Positions 1 to 37,038 of a DNA stretch of 64,000 nucleotides are shown in pieces. The first letter of the stretch is position 1. The number at the start of each line of letters is the position of its first letter. The DNA is from Felis catus (taxonomy: Eukaryota). The notes beneath the pieces were generated by a model. That model made no database searches. It was given only the letters and a program-made list of their open reading frames with translations, and had not been told where the DNA came from. The translations under genes were made by a program, and so were the position numbers. The stretch is from assembly GCF_018350175.1 (NCBI RefSeq), contig NC_058382.1, positions 43,214,001 to 43,278,000 of the forward strand, given 5' to 3'.

Positions 1-414
1 ACAAAAGGTAAACATCAAAAGTTCCACATCTTCCAACAGAAACTTCTAACCATGCAAGCTAAGGCATGTCCATATGCTCCTGGGAAAGTCCGACCACCAC
101 AGTCTCATACAAGAGGTACTCTCTGTTATCATCTGCCCCAGGGCTAAGTGAGACCCCTAGAGTGGCTATTCTCTACTCGTGACAGCCCTAGAGGCAAAGA
201 TGTCCTGGCTGAGCCAGTAAAGGAAAGCCTACAAGAAAATACTTGAAATACCAACTTCCTGACTTTGTTTGCTGTACCATCTTCACCCTCCATAATTCAA
301 GTCCAGCTAGCAGGTACTAAACATGGTTACTCAAATACAGAAAACACAAGCACTGACAGAAAATACTGTTTCAATTACATCTAACTGTACTCTGATATAC
401 AAACATTTGAAAAC

Positions 415-925
415 TTTATTTTTAAAAAAAACTTTTAAATGTTTATTTTTGAGAGAAAAAGAGAAACAAAGCATGAGTGGGGGAGGGGCAGAGAGGGAGA
501 CAGAGAATCCAAAACAGGCTCTGAGCTGTCAGCACAGAGTCTGACACAGGGCTCGAACCCACAAACCACGAGATCATGACCTGAGCCAAAGTCGGATGCT
601 TAACTGACTGAGACACCCAGGCACTCCTGTAAAAAAAATTTTAAATGTATAGATACTTTCTTCCTCAGGTAGAAAAAAATACTTTTTTTCAATTACAACA
701 AAAGCTAACATGCATGCCCCCTCTTTTTTTTGAGGGGGGGGAAAGCGGGGGAACTAGAAAGCCCCTCCCTCCCCCCACCCCGTGCATATGGGATAGGGAA
801 AGAGGGACAGGAAGGAAACTTAGGCAGGTTCCACACTCGGGACAGAGCCCGAAGCAGGGTGAGATTATGACCTGAGCTGAAATCAAGAGTCAGACACTTC
901 ACTGACGGAACTACCCAGGTGCCCC
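415..925 (-). mobile_element. Two CAN-SINEs (about 415-627 and 720-925)
   Basis: Reverse complement of the tRNA-derived head GGGGCGCCTGGGTGGCTCAGTC, (CT)n linker and A-rich tail. Confidence 0.85.
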
Positions 926-942
926 AGCACCCCTCTTTTTAT

Positions 943-1150
943 CAGGCACTATTCTAAGCACATTATAGGAATTAACTCACTAAATTCTCATAACCATTCC
1001 ATATAAGAGTTAAGTACTAATATCACTCCCATTTTACAGATAAGGAAAACTGAGCACAGAGAAGTTAAGTAACTTATCTCAGGATGCCAGGATACAAATG
1101 CAGAGGGTGGCTCCAGAGTCCATGCTCTTAACCACTGAGCTACATACTGC
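943..1150 (+). mobile_element. MIR SINE fragment
   Basis: Core cccattttacagataaggaaaactgagcacagagaagttaagtaact; strand given as read. Confidence 0.7.
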
Positions 1151-1431
1151 TCCACAAGATGACCACAACCCTAAAGGTCTGTTTCCTCACATGACTAAAT
1201 GTGAGCCTATAGTTGGTTCAACAACACTGAGCCCNNNNNNNNNNNNNNNNNNNNNNNNNNNNNNNNNNNNNNNNNNNNNNNNNNNNNNNNNNNNNNNNNN
1301 NNNNNNNNNNNNNNNNNNNNNNNNNNNNNNNNNNNNNNNNNNNNNNNNNNNNNNNNNNNNNNNNNNNNNNNNNNNNNNNNNNNNNNNNNNNNNNNNNNNN
1401 NNNNNNNNNNNNNNNNNNNNNNNNNNNNNNN

Positions 1432-1975
1432 CCGTTTTTAATGATGTGGACAGAACTAGAATGTATTATGCTAAGCAGAGTAAGTCAGAGAAAGACAAAT
1501 ATATGATTTCACTCATATGTGGAATTTCCCACTCATATGGGAAGGGGGAGAGAAGAAAGGAAAAGAAGCCACAAGAGACTTTTTAATGTTTATTTATTTT
1601 TGAGGCAGGGGGGAGAGGGGCAGACTGAGAGGGAGACACAGAATCCAAAGCAGGCTCCAGGCTCTGAGCTGTCAGCACACAGCAGGGCTCGAACCCACGA
1701 ACCACGAGATCATGACTTCAGCCAAAGTCAGATGCTTAACTGACTGAGCCAGCCACCCAGGTGCCCTGACCACAAGAGACTCTTAACAATAGAGTACAAG
1801 CTGAGGGTTGATGGAGGGTGGGAGATGGGCCAGGTGGGTGATGGGTATTAAGTAGGGCATTTGTTGTGATGAGCACTGGATGTTATATATAAGTAATGAA
1901 ACAATGAATTCTACTTCTGAAACTAATATTGCACTGTATATTAACTAAAATATTAAAAAGTTAAAATTAAAAATA
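1432..1975 (+). mobile_element. Carnivore L1 3' end interrupted by a - strand CAN-SINE (about 1581-1766)
   Basis: tatgctaagc...aaagacaaatatatgatttcactcatatgtggaattt L1 3' UTR signature; TSD ccacaagagact on both sides of the SINE. Confidence 0.8.
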
Positions 1976-2040
1976 CTTCTTGGACATCAAACAAAAAGAA
2001 AATAACAAGTATTGGCAAGGATATAGAAAAGTCAGAATCG

Positions 2041-2474
2041 CGGTGCCTGGGTGGCTCACTTAAGCATCCGACTGTTGGTTTAGGCTCAGGTCATGATCTC
2101 ACAGTTTCATTGAGTTCAAGCCCCAAGTTGGGCTCTGTGCTGGCAGCATGGAGCCTGCTTGGAATTCTCCCTCTCTTCCTCTCTCACGGTTCGTGGGATC
2201 GAGCCTCATATCTAGCTCCGCACTGAGAGTTTGGAGCCTGCTTAGGATTCTGTCTCCCACTCTCCCTGCCCCTCTTCCACTCACGCGCTCTCTCTCTCTC
2301 TAAAAATAAACAAGGGGTGCTGGGTGGCTCAGTCAGTTAAGCGTCTGACTGGCTCAGGTTATGATCTCACAGTTCATGAGTTCGAGCATCACAATGGGCT
2401 CTGTGCTGACAGCTCAGAGCCTGGACCCTGCTTTGGATTCTGTGTCTCCCTCTCTCTCTGCCCCTTCCTTGCTT

Positions 2475-2509
<35 letters not shown>

Positions 2510-2530
2510 AATAAACATTAAAAAAAAATT
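2041..2530 (+). mobile_element. CAN-SINE cluster (chimeric element plus full element)
   Basis: Heads at about 2041 and 2314, internal second SINE body at about 2185, (CT)n and A tails. Confidence 0.85.
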
Positions 2531-4255
2531 TATTAACAAAATGGATTCAATTAATCTAAAAGATGATGGAGATTTTTTATAGGTTTTGATAATTAATCAA
2601 AATCATAGCCATTTTCCTATAAAGAGAATCACAGATGGCCAAAACACAATATACTGAAAGTGATGCCACAAGAAAGTTACGTGAACAAGCTAACAAGACA
2701 GGAAGGGAGTTTTTCAAAAAACGTCCTCCCCCAAAGATCACTCAGCCCTGACGGATTCACTGATAAATTTTTCTAAACTTACAAACTGAAAGTAATCTAC
2801 ATATAGCCATGAAAATAAGGAACCCCTCCCAATGACCTAGTAGGAGTCTTCTTAACTAAACATGATATACTGTGTTATCTCAAAATACACACTTAAGGCA
2901 TTTATAAATATAACTGTTCACTTCTGATTAAATGCTTCCAGTTAAATATTTCAGAATAAGGGAAAGGAATCTTTTTTTTTTTTTTTTTTTTTAACCATCA
3001 TCTAGCACCTCCTGAAGTCCCATCACATGCTTAAGCTCTTAACAGTTCTTACTGCCCAGGAGGCCAAGCTCAGCCTCTACCCCTCTAGAAGGTCTCCTGT
3101 ACAATTAGCAAATCTGATCACATTTGTCTATGCTCAAAATACTCCTGCAGCCCGCACTCCTTAAATAAAGATGTCCAGTCCCCTTGACAAGGAACATAAG
3201 ACTCTTCCCTCAACGGGTTCATCCTGACTGTGACCAGGAAGCCATCTCATTGCACTAGACAACTTATAGATCTACTCACAGGCCTTACTGTACCCAGACC
3301 CACCTGGCAAACTCCTGTTTGTCTCTCAACACCACTGTGAAGCTGCAGTAACCACCCCAACCACTACCCTCCACCAAATACACCTGTATCTACCAAGAAG
3401 GTACATATACTCTCAAACATCTCATCTGAAGTTAACACCAAAGTCTCAAATTCCAGACCCAGCCTAGACCATCATCATCACTCCCCTCCTACCATCCAGA
3501 CATCCAAACAGTCTAAAGAGCCTTCACTGCAACCGAGGGTCTCTTGGAAATCAGAAATAACTGGCAGAAAGGCCTCAGTTACTGTCATCCTCCATATCAT
3601 GTCCCTGCTGGAATACATGCTAGTACTTTCAGGTCCAACTGTTTATGAATGATGATACTTTCAGTTATGGAGGATGTATGCTCATTAACACCCCCCCATC
3701 AAAAAAGAAAAAAAGTGATCCCAGAAAATGGCAAGTGCCAAAGGGGATTCTCATCTTCCAAATCCAGCAATGAGATGAACAATGGCAGGCCCACCATCAT
3801 TCCTAAGAGTGCCACCCCTCTATCCCTACATCTGTCCAGTACTAGCTCTGCCCAGCCATTTAGCCAGCCCTGTAACCTGGGAAAGCCAGAGGTATCCATC
3901 CTTCCCAGGAAGAATCCCTATCTAGCTGCAATCTGATTCTTACTTTCCACCTTAAGGAATAATCAGGGAGATTATCAGGGCAGGAAGGAAAGCCCTCAGG
4001 CGCTGGCAGGCAGAGTGAAATGAAAACAGAAGCAATACCCACAGAGGCCCCTTTCTCTTGCCAAACAAGACATCCACCAGAGAGGGATGCTAAAAAAGGT
4101 GCCAACTCTCCTGATGTGTTAGTGAGGGGATTAACACCTCATCCACTGTCTCTAAGCCCCTTCTCCCTACTGGCCCACACCCTGTGCCTGGACAGGGTCT
4201 GACTTCACAAGGGCCCAAAATGGATTTCCCTACAATGTTGTATTAACAACACCAA

Positions 4256-4484
4256 GGGGTTCCTGGGTGGCTCTATCAGTTAAGCATCCAACTTTCAGTC
4301 AGTTGGCTCAGTCAGTTTGCGAGTTCAAGCCCCATGTCAGGTTCTGTGCTGATGGCTCAGAGCCTGGAGCCTACTTCGGATCCTCTGTCTCCCTATCTCT
4401 TTGCCCCTCCTCTGCTCATTCTCTCTCTCTCTTTCACACACACAAAAATAAATAAACATTAAAAAACAAAACAAAACAAGAAAA
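4256..4484 (+). mobile_element. CAN-SINE
   Basis: Head ggggttcctgggtggctc, A-rich tail. Confidence 0.85.
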
Positions 4485-6092
4485 ACCAATGTCAAGGCAC
4501 ATGATCAGCAGCTGGCCTCCAACAGACCCAGAGGGAGTCAAAAACCCCATCATATGAACAAGGCAAACAGACCAAGCCAGCTCCATATGGCTCCAACTCA
4601 AAAGAGATTCAGATCAGCCCAGGTAGACCTTGAAGCACTCCCCACCCCCAATCTGCTCCACTCCATGGATCCCAAACCCAATGAGCCATGCAAAAACGGT
4701 TCTTACTAAAGAAGGATGCGAATGTGGAACTTACAATACCATGCCTAGCACATGGTAAAAGACTGCACTCCAAAACCACCTGAAAGACAGACTTCAAGAC
4801 TTCTTGATAGAAACGCATTTGCTTTTGTTCATTTTGCTTTATTTCTATTTAAACAGATAATATACTCACAAGAAAGAAAATGTGAAAACTTTGAAAGTGG
4901 AAAATTTCCTTCCCAGTCCTATCTCTAGCCATCCTGTCCCTTCCCACGGGACAGCCAATACTACAAGTTTTCCTGTAACTTTCCAAAGGTATCTTACACA
5001 TGTACAAGCAGGTACAGGTACAGGCAGGTATAGGTATGGTCATTTTGCCTTTTTTATTTATTTTTACATATCTGATAGCATATTATATTCTGTTCTATGC
5101 CTTATATTTTTAACTTAACAATACATTCTAGAGATTGCTCCAAATAAGTACCTAAAAAGCCTCCTCATTCTCTTCATGGCTGCATTGTATTCTTTTCTGT
5201 GGATTAACAAAAATTCATTTAACCAGTCAGTGTTCATGGTTGCTTAAGTGCCGTGTAATAACAGATTATAATAGTTACTTCTGTATGAAAGCCTATAAAA
5301 GCCTCTTTTCTCTGCCACTAAAGCAGTGCAAAAGTTCAAAGAGCACATCTGGAATACGAAAAAGATTAACAATCAGTTTACCCTTGATGGTGAATTATTT
5401 TTCTAAGCTCCTTGGTTACTAAGAGGCAGAGCTACAAACACTATAGACACATGTAGTCAGCCCAGGCCAGTGGCTTACATAACAAAGATCACAGCTGCAT
5501 GCTACACAAAAGCCAAACATGCCACAACGCACTCTGGTTAATAACTCAAGGACAGTTTTTACTCAGATCAAAGCTAAAAAAATGTCAGACTCTTGACAAT
5601 TAGCTGAATCCTGAATAAGTGTAGATTTCAAGTATTTGAAATTAGTCAATGAGAAAAAAAATCTGTGAGTGATATTAAACATAGATGGGAAAAGATGAAA
5701 CGTTTAAGTGCTGCTCTCTCTTTGGAAAAAAACAGTTGCCTTCTTGTGTCCAAGGCACAAACACTAGAGAGGGCCAGGGCCAAAACATAGGGACTTTGCC
5801 TGTCTCCATGCTGGTGTTGGGGCAGCTTGTACCATGTCATTTATGCCACTGAAGGGACAAATGGACTTAGGACCATCTTCTGGAACTCATCAGCTTCTGG
5901 GAGAGGTTTCTATCACCTCAACTAGACACAGCCCAGGACTAGGCATGAGCCACTGGGCAGAAAATAGCTGAAAGGGTGCTTAGGTAGTAAAGAAGGACCA
6001 TCTGTGGGGCCCAGAGCATTCCTCAAATCTGAGGTTGCTGACTGCCAACCTAAGTCTTGCACAAATCCTCTTATTTATTAAGAAATTGTCTC

Positions 6093-6219
6093 GGGGCGCC
6101 AGGGTGGCTCAGTCGGTTAAGTGTCCAACTCTTGATTTCAGCTCAGGTCATGATCTCACAGTTCATGAGTTCAAGCCTTGCATCGGGCTCTGTGCTGACA
6201 GTAAGAAGCCAGCTTGGGA

Positions 6220-6268
<49 letters not shown>

Positions 6269-6340
6269 TGCCCCTCTCTGTTCACATGCTCTCTCTCCCT
6301 CTCTCAAAATAAATAAGCATTTAAAAAAAAAGGAAAAAAA
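6093..6340 (+). mobile_element. CAN-SINE containing (TG)22
   Basis: Head ggggcgccagggtggctcagtcgg; degenerate TSD aagaaattgtctc/aaaaaactgcctc. Confidence 0.88.
6223..6266 (+). repeat. (TG)22 microsatellite
   Basis: Perfect dinucleotide run read directly. Confidence 0.95.
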
Positions 6341-6759
6341 CTGCCTCAACTGTAACCCAAGTGGGAGGTCACTTAAAGACTCTGATCATTAATATGGTAA
6401 AGTAACAAAAAAGCCAGTGTTGGCAATAGCCTTCCTCTCCATATATGCTGCCAGAGTCCCAGGCTGGTCAAAGGTCAATGGGAGGAAGAGCTACTAAGGC
6501 ATATCCCCACTAGGAGCAAGCTCAGGTTGCTTGGTTTTGACTGCAAATTCCATGAATGACAATCACTTGCCAATTAATTTTTTGGAATGGAAGCCCATAC
6601 CATCCCAGCCATGGCCAACTTTCAGGATCTTCCACCCAATGGCCTAGCTTTGAGTGGGCAGCCAGAAAAGCTCTCTCTAGCTTCTTGGCTGCCGCCATGA
6701 TTCTCATCACAGAATGGATAAGGAGAGCAAAACAAATATTCTCTTAACCAGTGACTCAC

Positions 6760-30860
<24,101 letters not shown>

Positions 30861-30984
30861 GCAGAAAGAGAAAAGCTTCTGTCCATTGATTCGGGGCTTC
30901 AGCCCCACCGGATCGCTGGGGCGGAAACAGAATGCGGACATTACGTGCTAGCAAAAGAGCTGGCGCACTTTAACATTAGTAAGA

Positions 30985-31190
30985 GCCAGCCTCTTTATAT
31001 TGAGCGTATATGATGTGCCAAGTACTTTATATATAGCATATTTAACTCACAACTCTATGAAGTAGTAATATCTTCTGGATACTTCTATTACAAATAGAAG
31101 TCTGGAGAGATCATGTGTTTTACACGTTTACAAGTGGAGGAGCTAGGATTTGAACCCAGCCATGTGAGACTTCTTAGCTCTTAGCCACAG
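30985..31190 (+). mobile_element. MIR fragment
   Basis: tattgagcg...atgtgccaagtacttt...caactctatgaag...ggatttgaacccag; strand given as read. Confidence 0.55.
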
Positions 31191-31816
31191 AGATAAATGG
31201 CCTCTTCACCCATTGGTTTATGGCAAAGATGCTTATCGAATTGCTGTCTATTCAGAGGTTGCACCCTCTGGGCATTGCAAAATTTGACAAGTTCTATTAG
31301 CCAGTAAAGCCACAAAATGTACATAATAAGACAAAATTTGGGGATAAATGCCTTTCTAGCTTTGGGAACCCAAGAAGTCTCTTAAGTTCTGGGCTTCTGC
31401 TTCTGTATCTCAAACGTGGGGATGTTACAGCCCACCTCACAAACATTGCCGGGAAAATTTAGGCAGAATATGCGAAGCTCTCATCACAGTTCTTGCATAT
31501 ACTAAACATTCGGTTGTTTAATGAACGTAGTTTCTCCCTTCTGCTCATTTCCAACGCAAAAACTTGATCTCACCTAAACTCTAATCCTTCAGGGTTTGCT
31601 ACCTCAACAGAGAAAGCCTACAAAAGTCAGGAAATTGTTTGCCAATTTGATTATTTTATCCAGAGTTAGAATGAAACTATAAGAACCAGGCAGCAGGCTT
31701 GAGAAAGAGTGTTGTTACCCAGCACAGGAATGATTTAGGAAACTGCAGTCATGTTTGAAAGGGATATGAAATGGATTCAGAAGGAGAATCCCCATCTATT
31801 TTAAGAAGGAAGCATA

Positions 31817-32456
31817 GGGGGTCACCTGGGTGGCTCAGTTGGTTAAGACACCAACTTCAGCTTGGGTCATGATCTTGCGGTTTGTGAGTTCGAGCCCCGC
31901 ATGGGGCTCTGTGCCAGCAGCTCGGATTCTGTGTCTCCCTCCCTCTCTCTGTGCCNNNNNNNNNNNNNNNNNNNNNNNNNNNNNNNNNNNNNNNNNNNNN
32001 NNNNNNNNNNNNNNNNNNNNNNNNNNNNNNNNNNNNNNNNNNNNNNNNNNNNNNNNNNNNNNNNNNNNNNNNNNNNNNNNNNNNNNNNNNNNNNNNNNNN
32101 NNNNNNNNNNNNNNNNNNNNNNNNNNNNNNNNNNNTGGCTCAGTTGCTTCAGCATCTGACTCTGGCTCAGGTCATGATCTTGCAGTTTGTGAGTTCAAGC
32201 CCAGCACTGTTCAAGCTGACAGTGCAGAGCCTGCTTCGGATCCTCTGTCCTCCTTTTTCTCTGCCCCTGCCCGGCTTGAATTTTCTCCCCCAAAATAAAT
32301 AAACTGTAAAAAAAAAAAAGTATCAAAAGGAAGAAAGGAAGGAAGAGAAGAGAAGAAATATAGGGGCAGTCCCCTACTGGCTCAGTCAGTAGAGCATGTG
32401 ACTATTTTTTTTTATGTTTATTTATTTTTGAGAGATGGAGAGAGTGCACGAATGCA
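31817..32456 (+). mobile_element. CAN-SINE cluster spanning an N-run, ending in truncated + and - fragments
   Basis: Heads at about 31817, 32136 and 32363; - strand tail at about 32404-32456. Confidence 0.8.
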
Positions 32457-32644
32457 AAAACCCTTCCTTTTCTATAGCTGCTGTTTATTTGATATGGTTT
32501 GTTCATACTTGTCCCATTGAGAGATAAGAGAGGACTAGCGTTTGGGGTGTCACCGCTCTATGGAGTAGGACTAAGGAACCAAGTCCTTAGGTTCCCAACT
32601 AGATTCACATTTACTGCTCTCAACTTCTCTGGAATACAGGTAGT

Positions 32645-32760
32645 CCCAGTCTCACTTTTATAGACAAAGACACTGAGGTTCAGAGAGGTTAAACAGTATG
32701 CCCAAGGTCATTGGCTAGCAAAGGGAACGAAGACACAGGTCTGTCTGGCAGCATAAATGA
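32645..32760 (+). mobile_element. MIR core
   Basis: actgaggttcagagaggttaaacagtatgcccaaggtca; strand given as read. Confidence 0.65.
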
Positions 32761-33597
32761 CCCCCACCCACTGCCACCATGGATTTCTGGAATTACTTTT
32801 CCCTTTTCTTCACCTGGATCTGCCTTCCCCGGGCAGCCCTCCCTGTTGATCCCCAAATGCCTTCCTAGCTTGAGGAAGGATGGCACTCCCTCCCAAGAGG
32901 TCTAGGAGCTAAAGACCTTCTTAGAATCAACTTTTCTCCCATCTTACTGTCATCATTAACATCTGCACAGCTCCTTGCAGCTTACAGGCTGTTTTTGCAT
33001 ATCTCTTTTCCTCGTATTAAACTTCACAACAACTTTATAAGATAGGAAAAGCAAGAATTGTCTCCATTTCCTTATGAGCATACTAGGCTGAGAGAGGTCA
33101 AATGGCTTGCCTGGGGGTTCCTGTTGGAACCCCAAATGTCAACCCCCAGGCCTTTCAGCCAGTAAGTGCAGGATGGGGACTCACACACCAGCTCTTGGAC
33201 CTCAGACCTTGTGCTTCTTGTCCTAACACCTGTCTTTGGTATCACACCCCCAGAATGTGCCAGTCACAAACATGAAACTCCTCTGAACACTGAATGAAAG
33301 TTTAAGTCCACAGAGTTCTCTGGGCTCATGAAGGGCACTCATGAAGGTATCCTGTCACTGTAGGGATTGATGAGATCCTCATCATGAGAAGGTTTCCAGG
33401 AATGTAGGAAAATGTTTTGGGCCCGTGGCCAGGAACTTATTGGCAACATCTCTGGGAAACTATAGGCACTGCTGGGAAGACCCAGAGCCTAGCTCTGCAG
33501 GGAAAAGAGGCCATGTCCTGTTGATCTGGGAAGGTTGGAGGTGCTCTCCCCACTCAGAGCTCTGTCATCTACCACTGTCTTCCCCTTCTCTGTGCAG

Positions 33598-33697
33598 AAC
33601 ACACATACAGCCTTCAGGAGTGACCGTAGATGACTCCTACCTCATAGAAACCAAGAGCTCCCAGAACCGAAAGTTTTCCCAGAGACAGAAGACGCTG
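33598..33697 (+). CDS. TSNAXIP1: TSNAXIP1 exon 2 (100 nt)
   Basis: ctctgtgcag|A...THIQPSGVTVDDSYLIETKSSQNRKFSQRQKTL|gttagt. Confidence 0.8.
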
Positions 33698-34364
33698 GTT
33701 AGTGGCAATGCCTTGCTGGAAACCCAAATGTCAGCTCCCAGACCCTAGCTGCCTCCCTCTCTGCAACCCAAAAGCACCACCCGCCTGAAACATGCCCCCC
33801 CCCCAGAAGCCAGCAGCTTCTCTCCAGTCAGGGAAACGTGGCTTACAGTGGCCAGACCCATCAGGCTTTAGGGTAGAGGTGTGCAAACTGGTTGCACCTC
33901 ATCTGAAAAGCCTTTCCAGACCTCCCCTGGCAGAGAGAGACTCAGCTCCTTCCCGACACCCTTCCCCTGCAGCTCAATGTTCTGGAGTGGACCTCATTTT
34001 TTCATTCAGCCTGCCATATGCCAGGCACTGTGCTAGATGCTGGGATGGTCACACCAGATCTACCAAGGTCCTTCAGGGCTGTGACTATATGTTGGGTTTT
34101 TTGGTTTTTTTTTTGGTTTTTTTTTTTTGTTTTTTTTTTTTTCTGTATGGCCCTGATCCCTGATAGGGTACTTGAGTGTTTGGCATATGTTGAGAGCTCC
34201 ATAATGTTGTGAGTAAATGTGTGAAGGCAGGAGTAAAAAGATGTTATTACCCCCTTGTGTTGCTGGCTCTGGGTTGGCGGCAAGAGACTCTACTAGCCTC
34301 AGGAAACTTCCCTCCCACCATTCCTGTTCTTTTAATTTTTTTATATAAAAATGAATTCTGTCTT

Positions 34365-34468
34365 GGGGCACCTGGCTGGCTCAGTCCGTAGAGTGTGAGA
34401 CTCTTGATCTCTGGGTTTTGAGTTCAAGTCCCATGTTGGGCGTACAGCTTACTTTAAAAAAAAAAATA
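34365..34468 (+). mobile_element. Short CAN-SINE
   Basis: TSD aatgaat(t/g)ctgtctt on both sides. Confidence 0.8.
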
Positions 34469-35385
34469 ATGAATGCTGTCTTATTAAGTACTTTTGAACT
34501 TTTGTTGATACAGTCATAGGGTTGTAATTATTTAATTAGCAAACCGACTTTAAAAAAAAACACACACACACAGTTTAGCAAACTTATAACTCCAGTTCAC
34601 AGTGGAGCATTATGGGCTGTGTGGTGGTTTTCTTTGTGTGTGTCCCCTATGGGGAATTTAAGGACACATGGGACCCACACTTTATGAAGCTGGAGATTCC
34701 CAACGTGGGGACCCAGACTCCAGAGAGGGAAAGGGAATCACTGTGGACTCTTCGCAGAGACCAAGCGCAGCCAGGGCCTCGGAAGACCCATAATGGGGCA
34801 CATGATCCCCCCTCTACCCAGCTGCCATCCTACCGTGTACCTGGGCCTAAGCACTTTCTTCCTGCGAGGGCACCACCATTCTTAACCACCAGAGGGCATT
34901 ACTCCCTCACGCTGCCCCCTGGCCACGCCCCTTCCCATTTTCACCCTCAGGAGGAAGCAGAGAGGTAGGAGCCCCAGTGAAACATTTTGCACCCGTCAGC
35001 TGGTGGAGGCCAGCTAGTAATGATAACAACGACCTGGAAGCCGCACTTGCCCCAGAATCAATGTAGGATGACCATGTTTTCTCCCCACACAAAGGGCAGA
35101 CAGAACACAAGTCCTGGCCTTTTGAAAGTCTGAAAAACTTACCAGTTCACTAGGGTTAGATGCTTCTTTGACAAATTCCCAGATGTCTTTCAGAATTACT
35201 TGGCACAAAATCACAATTTTGATAAAATTTCAAAAAAATTGTTTTTCTGGCTTGATTTTTAGCAGTTTTAATTCTCTCATTTTTCCAGTTTGCCTATTTA
35301 TACTTTATTTACTCTCTTTTTAACTATTTAAAAATTTTATTCTTGATAGTTCTTCTCAAACTCAAACAAAAAGAAATCTTAAGGC

Positions 35386-35620
35386 TTTCTTTTTTTTTTT
35401 TAATTTTTTAAATGTTTATTCGTTTTTGAGAGATGGAGAGAGACAGAGCATGAGCAGGAGAGGGGCAGAGAGAGAGAGAAGGAGACACAGAATCCAAAGC
35501 AGGCTCCAGGCTCTGAGCTGTCAGCACAGAGCCTGATGTGGGCTTGAACTCTCAGACGAGGAGATCATGACCTGAGCCCAAGTCGGACACTCAACTGACT
35601 GAGCCCCTCCACCGCGCCCC
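35386..35620 (-). mobile_element. CAN-SINE
   Basis: Poly-T tail, gagacacagaatccaaagcaggctccaggctctgagc body. Confidence 0.85.
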
Positions 35621-36071
35621 CACCCCCGGGATCCCAGAAATTTTTGAAAAATGTACAATTGTAGAAAAATAAGCATCCAATGGCCTATCATTAGAGAATA
35701 ATAATTGTTAACTTTTTACATTATTTCTTGTTTTTTTCTAGACTTCCATTTTTACCTAGTTGTGCTTATTCCTTAATTTCAGGCTTTACTTAACCCTTAG
35801 AGCTGTAGGGTTAGCATATTTCCACATTAAATCTTTTTGTAAACATTTCATGACTGCTTTTATTTTTTAGACATTTAGGAGTTTTCTAATTTCTGGGTAT
35901 TTAGGAATTTATTAATTTTTCCACAGTCATAAGTAAGGCTTTGAGGACAGCCCTTCTGCATAAAGCTGCTGCTCCATCTCTGACTCCCTCTACACTGGCC
36001 ACCCCAGGCCTCAGCCTCAACCAGCCTGCTCTCCTTGGACATTGGCCCCTATTCATTGCTCTTTAAAATTC

Positions 36072-36750
36072 TTTTTTTTTTTTTTTCATATTTTTTTATT
36101 AAATTTTTTTTTTTTTGAAGGAGAGACAGACAGAGCATGAGCGGGGGAGGAGCAGAGAGAGAGAGGGAGACACAGAATTTGAAGCAGGCTCCAGGCTCTA
36201 AGCTGTTAGCACAGAGCCCGACATGGGGCTCGAACTCATGAACTGTGAGATCGTGACCCGAGCCGAAGTCGGATGCTTAACCGACTGAGCCACCCAGGTG
36301 CCCCTAAAATTCTTTTTTTTTTTTTAATTGTTTTTTGATGTTTATTTCTGAGAGAGAGAGAGAGCACATGAGTAGGAGAGGGGCAGAAAGAGAGGGAGCC
36401 ACAGAATTTGAAGTAGGCTCCAGGCTCTGAGCTGTCAGCACAGAGCCCAACGCAGGGCTCGAACCCACCAACTGTGAGATCATGACCTGAACCGAAGTCA
36501 GACTTTCAACCGACTGAGCCACCCAATCGCCCCCGTAGCTCTTTAAAATTCTTGCTGTTGGGGTGCCTAGGTGGTTCAGTTGGTTGAGCGTCTGATTTTG
36601 GCCCGGGTCATGATCTTGTGGTTCATGAATTTGAGCCCTGCGTCAGGCTCTGTGCTGAGAGCTCAGAACCTGGAGCTTGCTTCGGATTCTGTATCCCCCT
36701 TGCTCTCTCGTCTCTCTCTCTCAAAAATAAATGAAAATGTTAAAAAAAAT
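36072..36750. mobile_element. Three CAN-SINEs: - (36072-36304), - (36312-36534), + (36560-36750)
   Basis: Heads and tails visible; shared target sequence taaaattctt. Confidence 0.88.
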
Positions 36751-37038
36751 TCTTGCTGTTTCCCTGAGGTGTTAGTGCTACCCAGGCAGTCTGTGTGCCC
36801 CACCTTTAAACCTGAGATACACCCCCTCTCCCAGAGTGGCCTCAGTTCCTCTCATATACGTATTCAAGTTTTACTGAATGAACATCACAGATATTATCAC
36901 CTCCTCCTCCAAGATGTTAGCCTTTTCTGGTCCCCTCCAGTCAGGGCCCATCCCTACCTGGTAATCTGCATTGGCTTTAGTCACTACCTGGTGCTAGAGC
37001 CCACATTCTTAATAATGAACCATATTAAGAGATGTTGG

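Noticed and set aside
6093-6180. tRNA-like A/B-box sequences in SINE heads throughout the window
   Set aside because: tRNA-derived CAN-SINE heads followed by (CT)n and A tails, not tRNA genes.
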